Below are positions 37,728-47,787 of a stretch of DNA of 64,000 nt, one piece after another. The notes below the pieces were generated by a model. It worked only from the letters and a program-made list of their open reading frames with translations. It was not told where the DNA came from and made no database searches. The DNA is from Gemmatimonadota bacterium (GTDB lineage Bacteria; Gemmatimonadota; Gemmatimonadetes; Gemmatimonadales; GWC2-71-9): NCBI GenBank assembly GCA_036679645.1, contig JAZDCY010000056.1:32001-96000 (forward strand), written 5' to 3'. Numbering within the stretch: position 1 is the first letter of the stretch; every line of letters begins with the position of its first letter. The position numbers and the translations under genes are program-made.

Positions 37728-39761
37728 TCAGAGGATGGGCCAGAGCGTCCGCCGCACGTCGAGCGTTACGCCAACGTCGCCCGAGCGGAGCCCCCAGCCG
37801 GTTTCCAACCGGAGCAACCGATGAAACACCTCCACCGCGACCCCAACCACCGGCCGGATCCCGTCGCTCGAGTCCCACGGCATCGAGACAAATGGGCGAC
37901 CCGTTCCACCGGCGGCAAGGAAGGGTGCGACGACGAGCTGGCGGCCGGTTGACGCAAAGGCGCCGAGCGGAATTGCTGGAAACGGCACGCCCACCCGCCA
38001 CTCCGCCCTGACGAGCCCGCCATATTTCCCGCCGAACGCCCGATGTGGTTCGCCAACCAGACTGGCGCGTCCTCCCAGCAAGAACGGCCGATAGACGGGC
38101 AGTCCCACAGTGGCCCACCCGAACCACCCGGTAACGTGGAACGATCCGCCCGGCGCCGACATGACTAGCTGCCCGTCCAGTCGAGCACGCAGATACTCCT
38201 TGCCGCCGCCAACACCGCCTTCCAGGGCAATCGCCGCGCGATATCCCATCCGGTCTCCACCCCGTACCCGACGCCGCACCACCCCGACCCGTCCGACGGC
38301 GCGCGTTCCGTCGCCGAGCGCGGGGTTAGGCCGGAACGATCCGGTCGCCGGCGTCGCACCGACCACGACGCTCATGGTGCGTAACGCCCCCAGCGACACG
38401 GTCACGTCGCCAAGGGACGCCCCGAGCGCCACCTCCTCTGCCAGCACATAGTCGCCGTAGTCGGTGCCCGCTTCTTGGGCCAGCACCGAGTTGGCAAGGG
38501 GACTCACCGTCAGCTGCTCGCCGACATCCCGAATCTCGCGTGCCGCGCGCACGCTGATTGTGCCTCGTTCCACGCGCCACGCGAGGCTCACACGCGCCTT
38601 GAGCCGTTCGTCTGAGAACCCATACGCGGCCCAACTGCGCAACGTTGCGGCGCCGGCGCCTGGGCGCAGCATCACCCCAACGCCAGGCGTGAACCCTTCT
38701 ACGCGGTTGAAGTGGAGCAGATCGGAGATCGCACCTAAAGCGAGCCCAACCGATGGAAGCCCCGATAGGAACCTGCCGCCCGATACATCCCGCACTCGAT
38801 CACGCACGTCGTCCATCTCGGCATTCGATACCGGCCCCGCCGCCTCCGCGATCTGCACATCCAACGCATCGGTCCAGGGAAACGTGTCGCGAATTGCCAG
38901 TGGCGCTGCAACCACTTCGCGACCCCGGAACACGCCCGGTGCCAAACCTAAGTTGAAGTCATATCCGTCGATCGTCCAGCGCCCGCGGATGATGCCGCGA
39001 GCCGGCAGGTCGAGCCAGGTCGTGCGGCGCCGAATCTCGATCTCCTGTCGCCGTGGCAACCACCACCGTCCCTCCCACAGTGCATTCTCCAACAACACCG
39101 TGATGTCCTCGAGGCTCCCATCGAGGTAGGCGGCGCGTGTGAAGTTGAAGCGGAGCTGCACCAACTGCCCGCCGTCGGCGTCGAGATACATGCTCCCGAC
39201 GATGCGTGCCTCCGCAAAATCCTTGGGTCGGAACGCCACCTCGACCGCGCGAACCGTCCGGCCCGGAAGCTCGATCGTGAGCGAGTCCACGACCGCGTAG
39301 TCGTATAGGGTCGGACCGTCCGGCGCCAACGGATGGGGCACATCGCGTATCTCATCGCCCTCACCGAGACGGATCCGGTCGGTGAACCCGTTCTGCACGA
39401 TTCCGAGGTGGTCGCGGTGATACTGAATCTCCGTCGGGAGATCGACACGATCACGCCACCCGATGATCCGCTGCTTGCTCGCGCCCGGCGCCTTCCAGTA
39501 GACTTCCAGTTCCAACTGATCGGACTTGATCAGTTGCGGCGGTTCGGCGAACCCTTCGTCCCCCAATTGCGCTAGGAAGAACACGAACCCATGCGCCCGC
39601 GCTCGATAATCTTCGAGTCCACTCGCCTGATTGGCGGCGCGACGTGCGATGGCTTGCATGACGACAGCACGGGCCCTCTCGCTATTCCACTGCTGTGCGG
39701 GAAGCGTATTGGGGCCAAGAAGCGCGAAGCAAAGGACCACGGCGAAGAGACGGAACATCAT
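37728..39761 (-). CDS. Predicted outer-membrane beta-barrel protein (hypothetical)
   Basis: Signal peptide MMFRLFAVVLCF, FNRVEGF motif, alternating beta-strand C-terminal half. Confidence 0.7.
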   Translation of the reverse strand: MMFRLFAVVLCFALLGPNTLPAQQWNSERARAVVMQAIARRAANQASGLEDYRARAHGFVFFLAQLGDEGFAEPPQLIKSDQLELEVYWKAPGASKQRIIGWRDRVDLPTEIQYHRDHLGIVQNGFTDRIRLGEGDEIRDVPHPLAPDGPTLYDYAVVDSLTIELPGRTVRAVEVAFRPKDFAEARIVGSMYLDADGGQLVQLRFNFTRAAYLDGSLEDITVLLENALWEGRWWLPRRQEIEIRRRTTWLDLPARGIIRGRWTIDGYDFNLGLAPGVFRGREVVAAPLAIRDTFPWTDALDVQIAEAAGPVSNAEMDDVRDRVRDVSGGRFLSGLPSVGLALGAISDLLHFNRVEGFTPGVGVMLRPGAGAATLRSWAAYGFSDERLKARVSLAWRVERGTISVRAAREIRDVGEQLTVSPLANSVLAQEAGTDYGDYVLAEEVALGASLGDVTVSLGALRTMSVVVGATPATGSFRPNPALGDGTRAVGRVGVVRRRVRGGDRMGYRAAIALEGGVGGGKEYLRARLDGQLVMSAPGGSFHVTGWFGWATVGLPVYRPFLLGGRASLVGEPHRAFGGKYGGLVRAEWRVGVPFPAIPLGAFASTGRQLVVAPFLAAGGTGRPFVSMPWDSSDGIRPVVGVAVEVFHRLLRLETGWGLRSGDVGVTLDVRRTLWPIL

Positions 39762-39803
39762 CGTCAAATATCGATTCGCTCCTGGATCGCGGCAACGGCT
39801 ATC

Positions 39804-40364
39804 GTGACCGCTGTCGCCGGGTGCGGCGACGCGCTCGTGCCTGGAGGTGGGACCGTAGATGAAGCGGATCTCGTTCCGCTCGCATTGCAGGCAAGTGCGC
39901 CCCCCGTACCGGCGACGAACTTCTACGTGCGGACCAACACCGTCACCATTCGCGCCCTCAGACACGGCGATGCCGTGAACAGCCTGTACGTCGAACTGCG
40001 ATTCCCCGCCGGGAGCCTCGTGAGCGTGGACGGGACACCCATCGCGAGCGGTGATTCCGTTCTCGTGTCCGTCAACCCGCGCCCGGGCGCGTATGGATTC
40101 AGGTTGTCACCGGCCGGCCTCGCGTTCTCGGAGAGCACTCCGCCAACGGCCACGTTCTCCTTCGCGCGATACGGCGATCTCTCGGTCGCCGACGCCGAGC
40201 CGGCGTTTTCCGACCGCGCCACGTACGCGGCCGCCCTCGACGTGTGGGAGGAGATCGCGCTGCGGCGGTGGCGGGTCGCCACCGCATCGGCCGGTTCAGG
40301 CGTGAGCGAGATCTCGGCGGCGGTCGAAGGGGGCGGTGAGTACATCCTCGCGGCGCAGCGTTGA
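39804..40364 (+). CDS. Hypothetical lipoprotein (paralogue of 5472..6164)
   Basis: Lipobox VAGC; shared motifs GTP...GDS and PxGLxF. Start uncertain. Confidence 0.65.
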   Translation: MTAVAGCGDALVPGGGTVDEADLVPLALQASAPPVPATNFYVRTNTVTIRALRHGDAVNSLYVELRFPAGSLVSVDGTPIASGDSVLVSVNPRPGAYGFRLSPAGLAFSESTPPTATFSFARYGDLSVADAEPAFSDRATYAAALDVWEEIALRRWRVATASAGSGVSEISAAVEGGGEYILAAQR

Positions 40365-41869
40365 TCCGCGACACGTCGTTCGAAGCCTATCGGTCGCACG
40401 CAGCCGCCGGTACCATCGCGCCGGTGGTGCGCGAACTCGCGGCCGACGTGCTCACGCCCGTTGCCGCGTTCGCCGCTATCCATCGGCCACCATTCGGTTT
40501 CCTGCTCGAGTCGCTAGTGGGCGGCGAGCGTTGGGCGCGATACACGTTTCTGGGCACCGAGCCGCATGAGGTGTGGCGCTATCGCGAGGGAGGCGCCGAG
40601 CGCTGGACAGCAGCCCGTGGGTGGGGTGTGGCGGAATCCGCCCGGAATCCGGTGCGCCATCTCGCCCGGCAGGTGCGTCCGTGGCACACCGGGCCGTTGC
40701 ACAATCTCCCGCGGTTCACCGGTGGCGCGGTCGGGTTCCTCTCGTACGACGCGGTCCGGGCGCTCGAGCGGTTACCCGAGCCTCCCCCCGACGACCTGCA
40801 TCTGCCCGAGGCGATCTTCATGATCGTCGATACGCTGGTAATCGTCGACAACGCCTTCGGCCGCGCCATCGTCGTGGCCAATACGCGCATCACGCCCGGC
40901 GCGGACGAGGCCGCACTCCGCCGTTCCTACGACGAGGCCCAGGCGCGCATCGACACGCTCCTCACGCGGCTCGCGACGCCGCCTCCTCTGACCCCGCTGG
41001 TACTGGAAGAGAGCACGCGCCCCACGCCGGCGTCGCCCTACCCACAGGCGGCCTTCGAGCGCGATGTCGCACGGATCAAGGACCATATTCGGGCGGGAGA
41101 CATCTTTCAGGGCGTCCTGTCCCGACGGCTAGATCTGCCGTGTGAGGCCTCACCGTTCGACGTGTATCGTGCCCTGCGCGCACTCAATCCCGCCCCATAC
41201 CTGTATTATCTCGCGCTGGACGATCTCGCGATCGCCGGCAGTTCCCCCGAGGTGCTCGTCCGTGTGGAGGACGGCACCGTGACGGTCCGCCCGATCGCCG
41301 GTACCCGGGGCCGGGGCGCCGCACCCCAGGAAGACGAAGACCTCGCCAGTGCACTGCTGGCTGATCCCAAGGAGCTGGCCGAGCACATGATGCTCGTTGA
41401 CCTCGGCCGGAACGACGTGGGTCGCACCGCCGAGTTCGGTTCGGTGCAGGTGACGGCCGACAAGGTCATCGAGCGCTACTCCCACGTGCAGCACATCGTG
41501 AGCGAGGTCCGGGGCCGGCTGCGCAGCGACCTGGACGCGTTCGACGCGCTGGAGGCGTGTTTTCCCGCCGGTACCGTCTCCGGCGCCCCCAAGGTCCGTG
41601 CAATGGAGATCCTCAACGGGCTCGAGCCCACTCGGCGTGGCCCCTATGCCGGGGCGGTCGGGTATGTCGGGTGGGGCGGCACGGCCCTCGACACCGCCAT
41701 CACGATCCGAACCGCCGTTCTCCAGAAGGGACGGGCATACGTCCAGGCGGGGGCCGGCATCGTGGCGGACAGTGTCCCACGCCGCGAATTCGAGGAAACC
41801 GCACAGAAAGCCAGCGCGGTCCTGGCGGCTATAGCACTGGCGGAAGCCGGATCGCGCCCCAAGAAATAG
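40361..41869 (+). CDS. trpE: Anthranilate synthase component I
   Basis: FLLES, GGAVG, AGDIFQ.VLS, NPAPY, GSSPE, PIAGTR, EHMMLVDLGRND, GTVSGAPK.RAM, QAGAGIV. Confidence 0.93.
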   Translation: MIRDTSFEAYRSHAAAGTIAPVVRELAADVLTPVAAFAAIHRPPFGFLLESLVGGERWARYTFLGTEPHEVWRYREGGAERWTAARGWGVAESARNPVRHLARQVRPWHTGPLHNLPRFTGGAVGFLSYDAVRALERLPEPPPDDLHLPEAIFMIVDTLVIVDNAFGRAIVVANTRITPGADEAALRRSYDEAQARIDTLLTRLATPPPLTPLVLEESTRPTPASPYPQAAFERDVARIKDHIRAGDIFQGVLSRRLDLPCEASPFDVYRALRALNPAPYLYYLALDDLAIAGSSPEVLVRVEDGTVTVRPIAGTRGRGAAPQEDEDLASALLADPKELAEHMMLVDLGRNDVGRTAEFGSVQVTADKVIERYSHVQHIVSEVRGRLRSDLDAFDALEACFPAGTVSGAPKVRAMEILNGLEPTRRGPYAGAVGYVGWGGTALDTAITIRTAVLQKGRAYVQAGAGIVADSVPRREFEETAQKASAVLAAIALAEAGSRPKK

Positions 41870-41893
41870 AGCGGTATATTCCCGCCCGAGGGA

Positions 41894-43522
41894 GTGCCTT
41901 TGGCTGTTTTCAAGCTATTCAGCACCGGCGGCGATCAGACGATCGACGTGCCCGAACACGGCGCACTGGTCGTCGGCCGGGCTGCGACAAGCGACGTTCC
42001 GATCTACGACCCCACGATCTCGCGGCGCCACGCGGAGATCGCCATGGGGGCGACCGGCGTGTCGATACGCGACCTCGGCTCGAGTAACGGCACGTTCCTC
42101 AACGGATCGCGTGTCACCGAAGCCGAGGCCACCGACGGCGACGTGCTCGCGTTCGGGAAAGTGGCGTTCCACGTCCGTGAGGTCACTGCTCCAACAGCCA
42201 AACCCCCGCCGGAGCCGGCGAGCGCGTTTCCGGGCGCGCCACCAAGCGCCACCATCGTTCGCCGTATCGAAGCAGACAAGGGTGGTCTCGAGGAGAAAGT
42301 CAAAGACCGCATTAGCGGCGACGTTGAGGTCGCGACGAGCGAGTTGTCGCACGAGGAACGGCAGGCGCGCAAGCTATCGCTCCTCCTCGAGATCTCCAAG
42401 GAACTGTCCCGCCAACAGGAAACCGATCAGCTACTCGAGAAAGTCGTCGATATCACGTTCAAGGTGATGGACGTTGACCGTGTCTCCGTACTGATGGTGG
42501 ACGGGGACTCTGGCGAACTGATCCCGCGCATGTATCGCAACCGCCTGGGCGACGGAGCCAGCGGTGGCCCAGGGACGCGGCACGTGCCGCGTTCGATAGC
42601 ACAGCGCGCCGTCGACGAGCGCCTCGCTATTCTCACGGATAACGCGGCCGCCGACGAGCGGTTCAAGGGTAAGTCGATCTTGATGCAGAGCGTGCGGTCC
42701 GCAATGTGTGCCCCGCTCATGGGGAGCGAGGGTACGGTCCTCGGGCTGATCTACGTCGACAACATGACCGCCACGCACTCCTTCAGCGACGAGGATCTCG
42801 AGTTTCTCATCGCGTTCTCCGGTATCGCGGCGGTCGCGATCGAAAACGGCCAGCTTACTGAACGAGTGCAACGTGAAGCCGTCGTCCTCTCGAATTTCCA
42901 GCGGTACTTCGCTCCGAACCTGGCCGAGCAGATTGCTCAGCAGGAAGGCGAGGTGCAGCTCGGCGGCGCGAAAAAACCGGTCGTCGTTTTCTTCAGCGAC
43001 ATCCGCGGATTCACCGCAATGTCGGAGACGATGCTGCCGGACGAGATCGCCAAGCTCCTCAATGAGTATTTCACCGAGATGGTCGCGATCGTCTTCGAAC
43101 ACGGCGGTACGCTCGACAAGTTCATGGGTGACGCGGTTATGGCGCTGTGGGGCGCACCCATCCCCCACGACGATGACGCCGATAGGGCGATCATTGCGGC
43201 CATCAAGATGCAGCAGATTCTTCTCGAGCTGAATGCAAAGTGGACCGCCGACGGTCGGCAAACCATCGAGATCGGTATCGGGATCAGTTTTGGTGAGGTG
43301 TTCGCGGGCAACATCGGCAGCGAGCAACGGCTCGAGTATACCGTGCTGGGCGACACCGTGAACGTTGCATCGCGCCTCTGCTCGAAAGCGGGACCCGGGG
43401 ACATCATCATCTCCGAGCCGCTTTTCAAGGCTCTGAAGACAGCACCCGACGTCGAACAACTCGAGCCGATGGATTTGAAAGGAAAGGCGAAGGCCGTTCC
43501 CGTCTATCGCGTGAAGGTGTAG
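41894..43522 (+). CDS. FHA-GAF-class III adenylate/guanylate cyclase
   Basis: FHA GR..ISRRH..DLGSSNGT; GAF SAMCAPL; cyclase FFSDIRGFT, DKFMGDAVMA, YTVLGDTVNVASRL. Confidence 0.92.
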   Translation: MPLAVFKLFSTGGDQTIDVPEHGALVVGRAATSDVPIYDPTISRRHAEIAMGATGVSIRDLGSSNGTFLNGSRVTEAEATDGDVLAFGKVAFHVREVTAPTAKPPPEPASAFPGAPPSATIVRRIEADKGGLEEKVKDRISGDVEVATSELSHEERQARKLSLLLEISKELSRQQETDQLLEKVVDITFKVMDVDRVSVLMVDGDSGELIPRMYRNRLGDGASGGPGTRHVPRSIAQRAVDERLAILTDNAAADERFKGKSILMQSVRSAMCAPLMGSEGTVLGLIYVDNMTATHSFSDEDLEFLIAFSGIAAVAIENGQLTERVQREAVVLSNFQRYFAPNLAEQIAQQEGEVQLGGAKKPVVVFFSDIRGFTAMSETMLPDEIAKLLNEYFTEMVAIVFEHGGTLDKFMGDAVMALWGAPIPHDDDADRAIIAAIKMQQILLELNAKWTADGRQTIEIGIGISFGEVFAGNIGSEQRLEYTVLGDTVNVASRLCSKAGPGDIIISEPLFKALKTAPDVEQLEPMDLKGKAKAVPVYRVKV

Positions 43523-44076
43523 GGCCGTCCCGCCGCCGCCAGCAGATCCACCACCAATCTGAGCGGCAATCCGATCACACCGAAGTAGTCGCCCTCGATC
43601 CGTTCGACCAGCACAGTGCCGAGTCCCTGGAGACCGTAACTCCCCGCCTTGTCGAGCGGCTCGCCCGTCGCTACATAGTCGCGGATCAAGATCGGCGTCA
43701 GCGGGCGAAACCACACGCGCGTCTCGTCCACACGTTCCAACACTCGTCCGTCAAACGCGAGTGCCACGGCCGTGATCACCTGATGCTCCCTCCCCGACAT
43801 GCGCGAGAGCATAGCCTCGGCATCGCCCGGGGAGTGTGGTTTTCCCAGCATGCAACCGTCGAGCACCACCACAGTGTCCGCACCCAGCACATACGCGCCG
43901 GGGTGTCGCCGCGCCACGGCCACGGCCTTCTCCTGTGCCAACCGAAGGGCGTGGGCCCTGGGCGCTTCACCCTGTGCCGGTGTTTCGTCCAGTTGGGCGG
44001 GATCGACCTCGTGGGCAATCCCCAGTTTCGTCAACAACTCGGTCCGTCGTGGAGACCTCGATGCCAGAACGATCAT
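43504..44076 (-). CDS. maf: Maf-family nucleoside triphosphate pyrophosphatase
   Basis: [28 protein letters not shown]. Confidence 0.93.
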   Translation of the reverse strand: MIVLASRSPRRTELLTKLGIAHEVDPAQLDETPAQGEAPRAHALRLAQEKAVAVARRHPGAYVLGADTVVVLDGCMLGKPHSPGDAEAMLSRMSGREHQVITAVALAFDGRVLERVDETRVWFRPLTPILIRDYVATGEPLDKAGSYGLQGLGTVLVERIEGDYFGVIGLPLRLVVDLLAAAGRPYTFTR

Positions 44077-44510
44077 CGTTCCAGCAGCAAGGTGACGGGC
44101 CCGTCGTTCACCAGTGCGACATCCATCATCGCTCCAAAGGTACCCGTTGCCACCTCCACACCCAGCAGTCGCAGGCGCTGCGCGAAACGCTCGCAGAGCG
44201 GCCGCGCCACGTCGGGAGGAGCGGCATGCACGAATGACGGCCGCCGGCCCTTTCGTGCATCGCCATAGAGTGTGAACTGCGAGACCACGAGCACCCCACC
44301 GCCTACATCGACCAGCGATCGGTTCAGCTTGCCTTCGTCATCGGGGAAGAGGCGAAGCGTGAGGATCTTCTCCGCCATCCAGTCGGTCTCGCCCGGACCG
44401 TCGCTGTGGGTGATGCCGACCAGCGCCAGGTAGCCCCGCCCAACAGCGCCGACAACGTGACCGTCCACGGTGACGGAGGCTAGGGCGACGCGTTGGAGGA
44501 CCACCCTCAC
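44073..44510 (-). CDS. dtd: D-aminoacyl-tRNA deacylase
   Basis: VLQRV, VVSQFTL, GRRPSF, NDGPVT. Confidence 0.96.
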   Translation of the reverse strand: MRVVLQRVALASVTVDGHVVGAVGRGYLALVGITHSDGPGETDWMAEKILTLRLFPDDEGKLNRSLVDVGGGVLVVSQFTLYGDARKGRRPSFVHAAPPDVARPLCERFAQRLRLLGVEVATGTFGAMMDVALVNDGPVTLLLER

Positions 44511-44567
44511 CTCACCGCCCCGACCCCGCCCCCCAGCCCGGTGGAAAGGCGGAAAGCCTTCCCGGCA

Positions 44568-46394
44568 TCACTCGACCGTTACCGACTTCGCGAGATTCCT
44601 CGGTTTGTCGACGTCACAGCCGCGCAGGACCGCAATGTGATACGCCAGCAGTTGCAACGGGAGCACCGTCAGAATGGGTGTCAACGAATCGATCGTGTGG
44701 GGAATGGCAATGTAGTGATCGGCCAGTTCCGCGATCTCGTCGTCGCCTTCGGTAATGACGGCAATGATCTGGCCGCGCCGGGCGCGGACCTCCTGCACGT
44801 TGGAGACGATCTTCTGATGGACGCTATCGCGCGGAGCTACCACCACTACCGGCATCTGCTCGTCGATCAGCGCAATGGGACCGTGTTTCATTTCCGCTGC
44901 GGGATACCCTTCCGCGTGGATATACGAGATCTCCTTGAGTTTCAACGCGCCCTCGAGCGCCACCGGGAAGTTGTACCCGCGCCCCAGGTAGAGAGCGTTG
45001 GGGACGTCGGCGAGCCCGCGGGCCAGCTCTTGGATGGCACCGCCCTGCCGCAAGACACGCTCGATCTGGTCGGGAAGCTGCTGGAGCGCAGAGACAATCT
45101 CGCGACCCTGGAGAACCGAGAGTGACCGAAGGCGCCCAATCCGCAGCGTCAGCAAGGCAAGCGCCGTTACCTGACACGTAAAGGCCTTGGTACTCGCCAC
45201 GCCGATCTCCGGACCGGCGTGCAGGTAGATCCCGCAATCGGTTTCGCGAGCGATGGTACTGCCAACCACGTTCACGATCCCGGCCGTGCGCGCCCCACGT
45301 TGTTTGGCTTCCCGAATCGCGGCGAGCGTGTCCGCCGTCTCTCCGCTTTGGGAGATCCCGATGACGAGCGTTTTCTCGTCGAGGATGGGATTGCGGTACC
45401 GAAACTCCGAGGCGTACTCGACTTCCACGGGAATCCGCGCCAGCTCCTCCAACAGGTACTCGCCGATCAACGCTGAATGCCAGGACGTGCCGCAAGCCGT
45501 GAGCACAATACGGTCGATCGCCAGGAGTTCGTCGTCGGACATGGTGATGCCGCCAAGGCGGGCGGTGCCCTCGCCCTCGAGCAGGCGTCCCCGCATCGTG
45601 TCGCGCACGCTGGCGGCCTGCTCCATGATTTCCTTCATCATGAAGTGGTCGTAGCCGCCGCGCTCGACCGTTTCCTGATCCCACTCGATGATGTTCACCG
45701 CCTTGTCGACCTTCGCGGTGTCGAGATCCAGAATCTGGTAGCCATCGGGCTGCAAAACGGCCACCTCGCCATCGTCCAGGTAAACCACGGACCGAGTGTG
45801 CTCGAGCAGCGCAGCGGCGTCGGACGCGACAAAGTTCTCGCCATCACCCAGCCCTACCAGGATTGGCGAGCCCTTTCGCGCAGCGACGAGCGTGTCGGGA
45901 TTGCGCGCTGAGATGACAGCCAGACCGTATGCACCCTCGACCAGGCGGAGCGCGGCTACAACCGCATCTTCCAGAAACTCGCAGTGGTACTCCTCAATCA
46001 GGTGCGCAAGCACCTCGGTGTCGGTTTGCGAGCGGAAGGTGTGGCCACGTTGGGCCAGCATCAGCCGCAGTTCGCTGGCGTTCTCGATGATGCCGTTATG
46101 CACGAGCGCGATGGTCCCGCCACAGTCGGTGTGCGGGTGCGCGTTCGCCTCGGAGGGGACGCCATGCGTGGCCCATCGCGTGTGAGCGATCACCGTGTGC
46201 CCGTCAGGAAACGACCCGTTGAGATGCCGCTCGAGCGCGGCAATCCGCCCTTCCGCCCTTTCGACCACGAGCGTCTTGTCCGCCACTGCCGCCAGACCGG
46301 CGGAGTCGTAACCCCGGTACTCGAGAGTCTTCAGAGCCTCGATCGCAAGGTGTGCGCCGTTCCTGCGACCAACATATCCAACAATTCCACACAT
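44568..46394 (-). CDS. glmS: Glutamine--fructose-6-phosphate aminotransferase
   Basis: MCGIVG, EYRGYDSAG, HTRWATHG, SQSGETADT, C-terminal PRNLAKSVTVE. Confidence 0.98.
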   Translation of the reverse strand: MCGIVGYVGRRNGAHLAIEALKTLEYRGYDSAGLAAVADKTLVVERAEGRIAALERHLNGSFPDGHTVIAHTRWATHGVPSEANAHPHTDCGGTIALVHNGIIENASELRLMLAQRGHTFRSQTDTEVLAHLIEEYHCEFLEDAVVAALRLVEGAYGLAVISARNPDTLVAARKGSPILVGLGDGENFVASDAAALLEHTRSVVYLDDGEVAVLQPDGYQILDLDTAKVDKAVNIIEWDQETVERGGYDHFMMKEIMEQAASVRDTMRGRLLEGEGTARLGGITMSDDELLAIDRIVLTACGTSWHSALIGEYLLEELARIPVEVEYASEFRYRNPILDEKTLVIGISQSGETADTLAAIREAKQRGARTAGIVNVVGSTIARETDCGIYLHAGPEIGVASTKAFTCQVTALALLTLRIGRLRSLSVLQGREIVSALQQLPDQIERVLRQGGAIQELARGLADVPNALYLGRGYNFPVALEGALKLKEISYIHAEGYPAAEMKHGPIALIDEQMPVVVVAPRDSVHQKIVSNVQEVRARRGQIIAVITEGDDEIAELADHYIAIPHTIDSLTPILTVLPLQLLAYHIAVLRGCDVDKPRNLAKSVTVE

Positions 46395-46408
46395 AGGATT
46401 CCCTTGGC

Positions 46409-47770
46409 TTAGGTGCCGGCGATCGCTTCACGGGCCGCGGCGACGAGATCGTCTGCAGCCTCACGCGTGGGCGCCTCGGCAATGAGCCGAACGATGGGCT
46501 CGGTACCCGACGGGCGGATGTGCACCCACCGGTCCGGCCACGCGAGGCGTAGCCCATCCTGTCGGTCGCGCTCGGCATCCGGATACTGCTGCTCGAGGTG
46601 CTTGTACACCGGCTGCAGGTCTCCGCCCCGCGGCGCCTTGGCCTTCACGATCGCGTACCGAGGTCGGCTCTCGACCCGTCCCGCTATGGTACTGCCGTCG
46701 GCGGCCAGGAGATCGAGCACCAGGGCAGCCGCCAGTGGGGCGTCGCGCCCGAGATGGAGGACCGGAAGCATCACGCCTCCGTTCCCCTCACCACCGATGA
46801 CTGCCCCAGCTGCCTGCATAGCGCGGGCCACGTTCGCCTCGCCCACCGGTGCCCGGGCCACAGACGCCCCGTAGGCGTTCGCCGCATCGTCCACGACCAG
46901 CGAGGTCGAGAGATTCACGACGACCGGGCCGGGCCCCCGCCGGAGCACGTTCTCTACCGCGAACGCGAGTGTGTAGTCCTCTCCGATCGGCGTGCCCATG
47001 CCATCGACCAGGGCAAGCCGGTCCACGTCTGGATCCACCGCCATCCCAAGATTGGCTCCGACCCGACGTACCTCGTCGCCCAATCGCCCTAGGTGCTCCG
47101 GGACCGGCTCAGGGGACCTCGGGAAAAGACCATCGGTTTCGAGGTCGATTCCGACCACCGTGCATCCCAAAGCATCGAGCAGCCTGGGCATTGTGGTGCC
47201 ACCGGCTCCGCGCACACAATCGAGAGCGACTGTAAAGTGTTGTGACCTAATGGCTTCCGTGTCGACATACGAGAGGTCGAGGATCTGACTTAGGTGCCGC
47301 TCGATCGCATCACCATCGGGCACTATTTCGCCAATCCCGTCCCACCCCACCCGCGGAATCGTTCCGTCCGCCCCATCGACCACCTTGCGACCAGTCTCGG
47401 CGTCGAGGAAAAGACCGTCCGCCCCGACGAACTTCAGGGCATTCCACTCGATGGGGTTGTGGCTTGCCGTGATGATTATCGCGCCACCAGCACCATGGTG
47501 CTCGACGGCCAACTGCGCTGTGGGCGTGGGAATCATGCCGCAATCGATTACGCGGCATCCGACAGACTGGAGGCCGGTCCGTGCGGCGGCCGCGAACATG
47601 GGCCCGGAGGTCCGCGAATCGCGCGCGAGCACCACGGCCGGCCGGCCCGCATCCTGGGCTAGCACGCCGAATGCCGCCGCGTAGCGCGCGACGATATCGG
47701 GGGTGAGATCGGTGCCGACGATACCGCGTACGCCGGACACGGAGATGATCAGAGTCGAATTGCCGGGCAT
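46409..47770 (-). CDS. glmM: Phosphoglucosamine mutase / alpha-D-phosphohexomutase
   Basis: ITASHNP, DPDVDR, GEGNGG, RPSGTEP; directly upstream of glmS. Confidence 0.82.
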   Translation of the reverse strand: MPGNSTLIISVSGVRGIVGTDLTPDIVARYAAAFGVLAQDAGRPAVVLARDSRTSGPMFAAAARTGLQSVGCRVIDCGMIPTPTAQLAVEHHGAGGAIIITASHNPIEWNALKFVGADGLFLDAETGRKVVDGADGTIPRVGWDGIGEIVPDGDAIERHLSQILDLSYVDTEAIRSQHFTVALDCVRGAGGTTMPRLLDALGCTVVGIDLETDGLFPRSPEPVPEHLGRLGDEVRRVGANLGMAVDPDVDRLALVDGMGTPIGEDYTLAFAVENVLRRGPGPVVVNLSTSLVVDDAANAYGASVARAPVGEANVARAMQAAGAVIGGEGNGGVMLPVLHLGRDAPLAAALVLDLLAADGSTIAGRVESRPRYAIVKAKAPRGGDLQPVYKHLEQQYPDAERDRQDGLRLAWPDRWVHIRPSGTEPIVRLIAEAPTREAADDLVAAAREAIAGT

Positions 47771-47787
47771 TCCTGCCCTTGAAGGAA

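Noticed and set aside
42431..43714. Long antisense or alternate-frame ORFs (this one, 10862..12070, 17735..18712, 44824..45684 and many others)
   Set aside because: Shadow ORFs of well-supported genes, expected from high-GC codon bias; no motifs of their own.
46394..46409. glmS ribozyme
   Set aside because: Only 14 nt separate glmM and glmS; there is no room.
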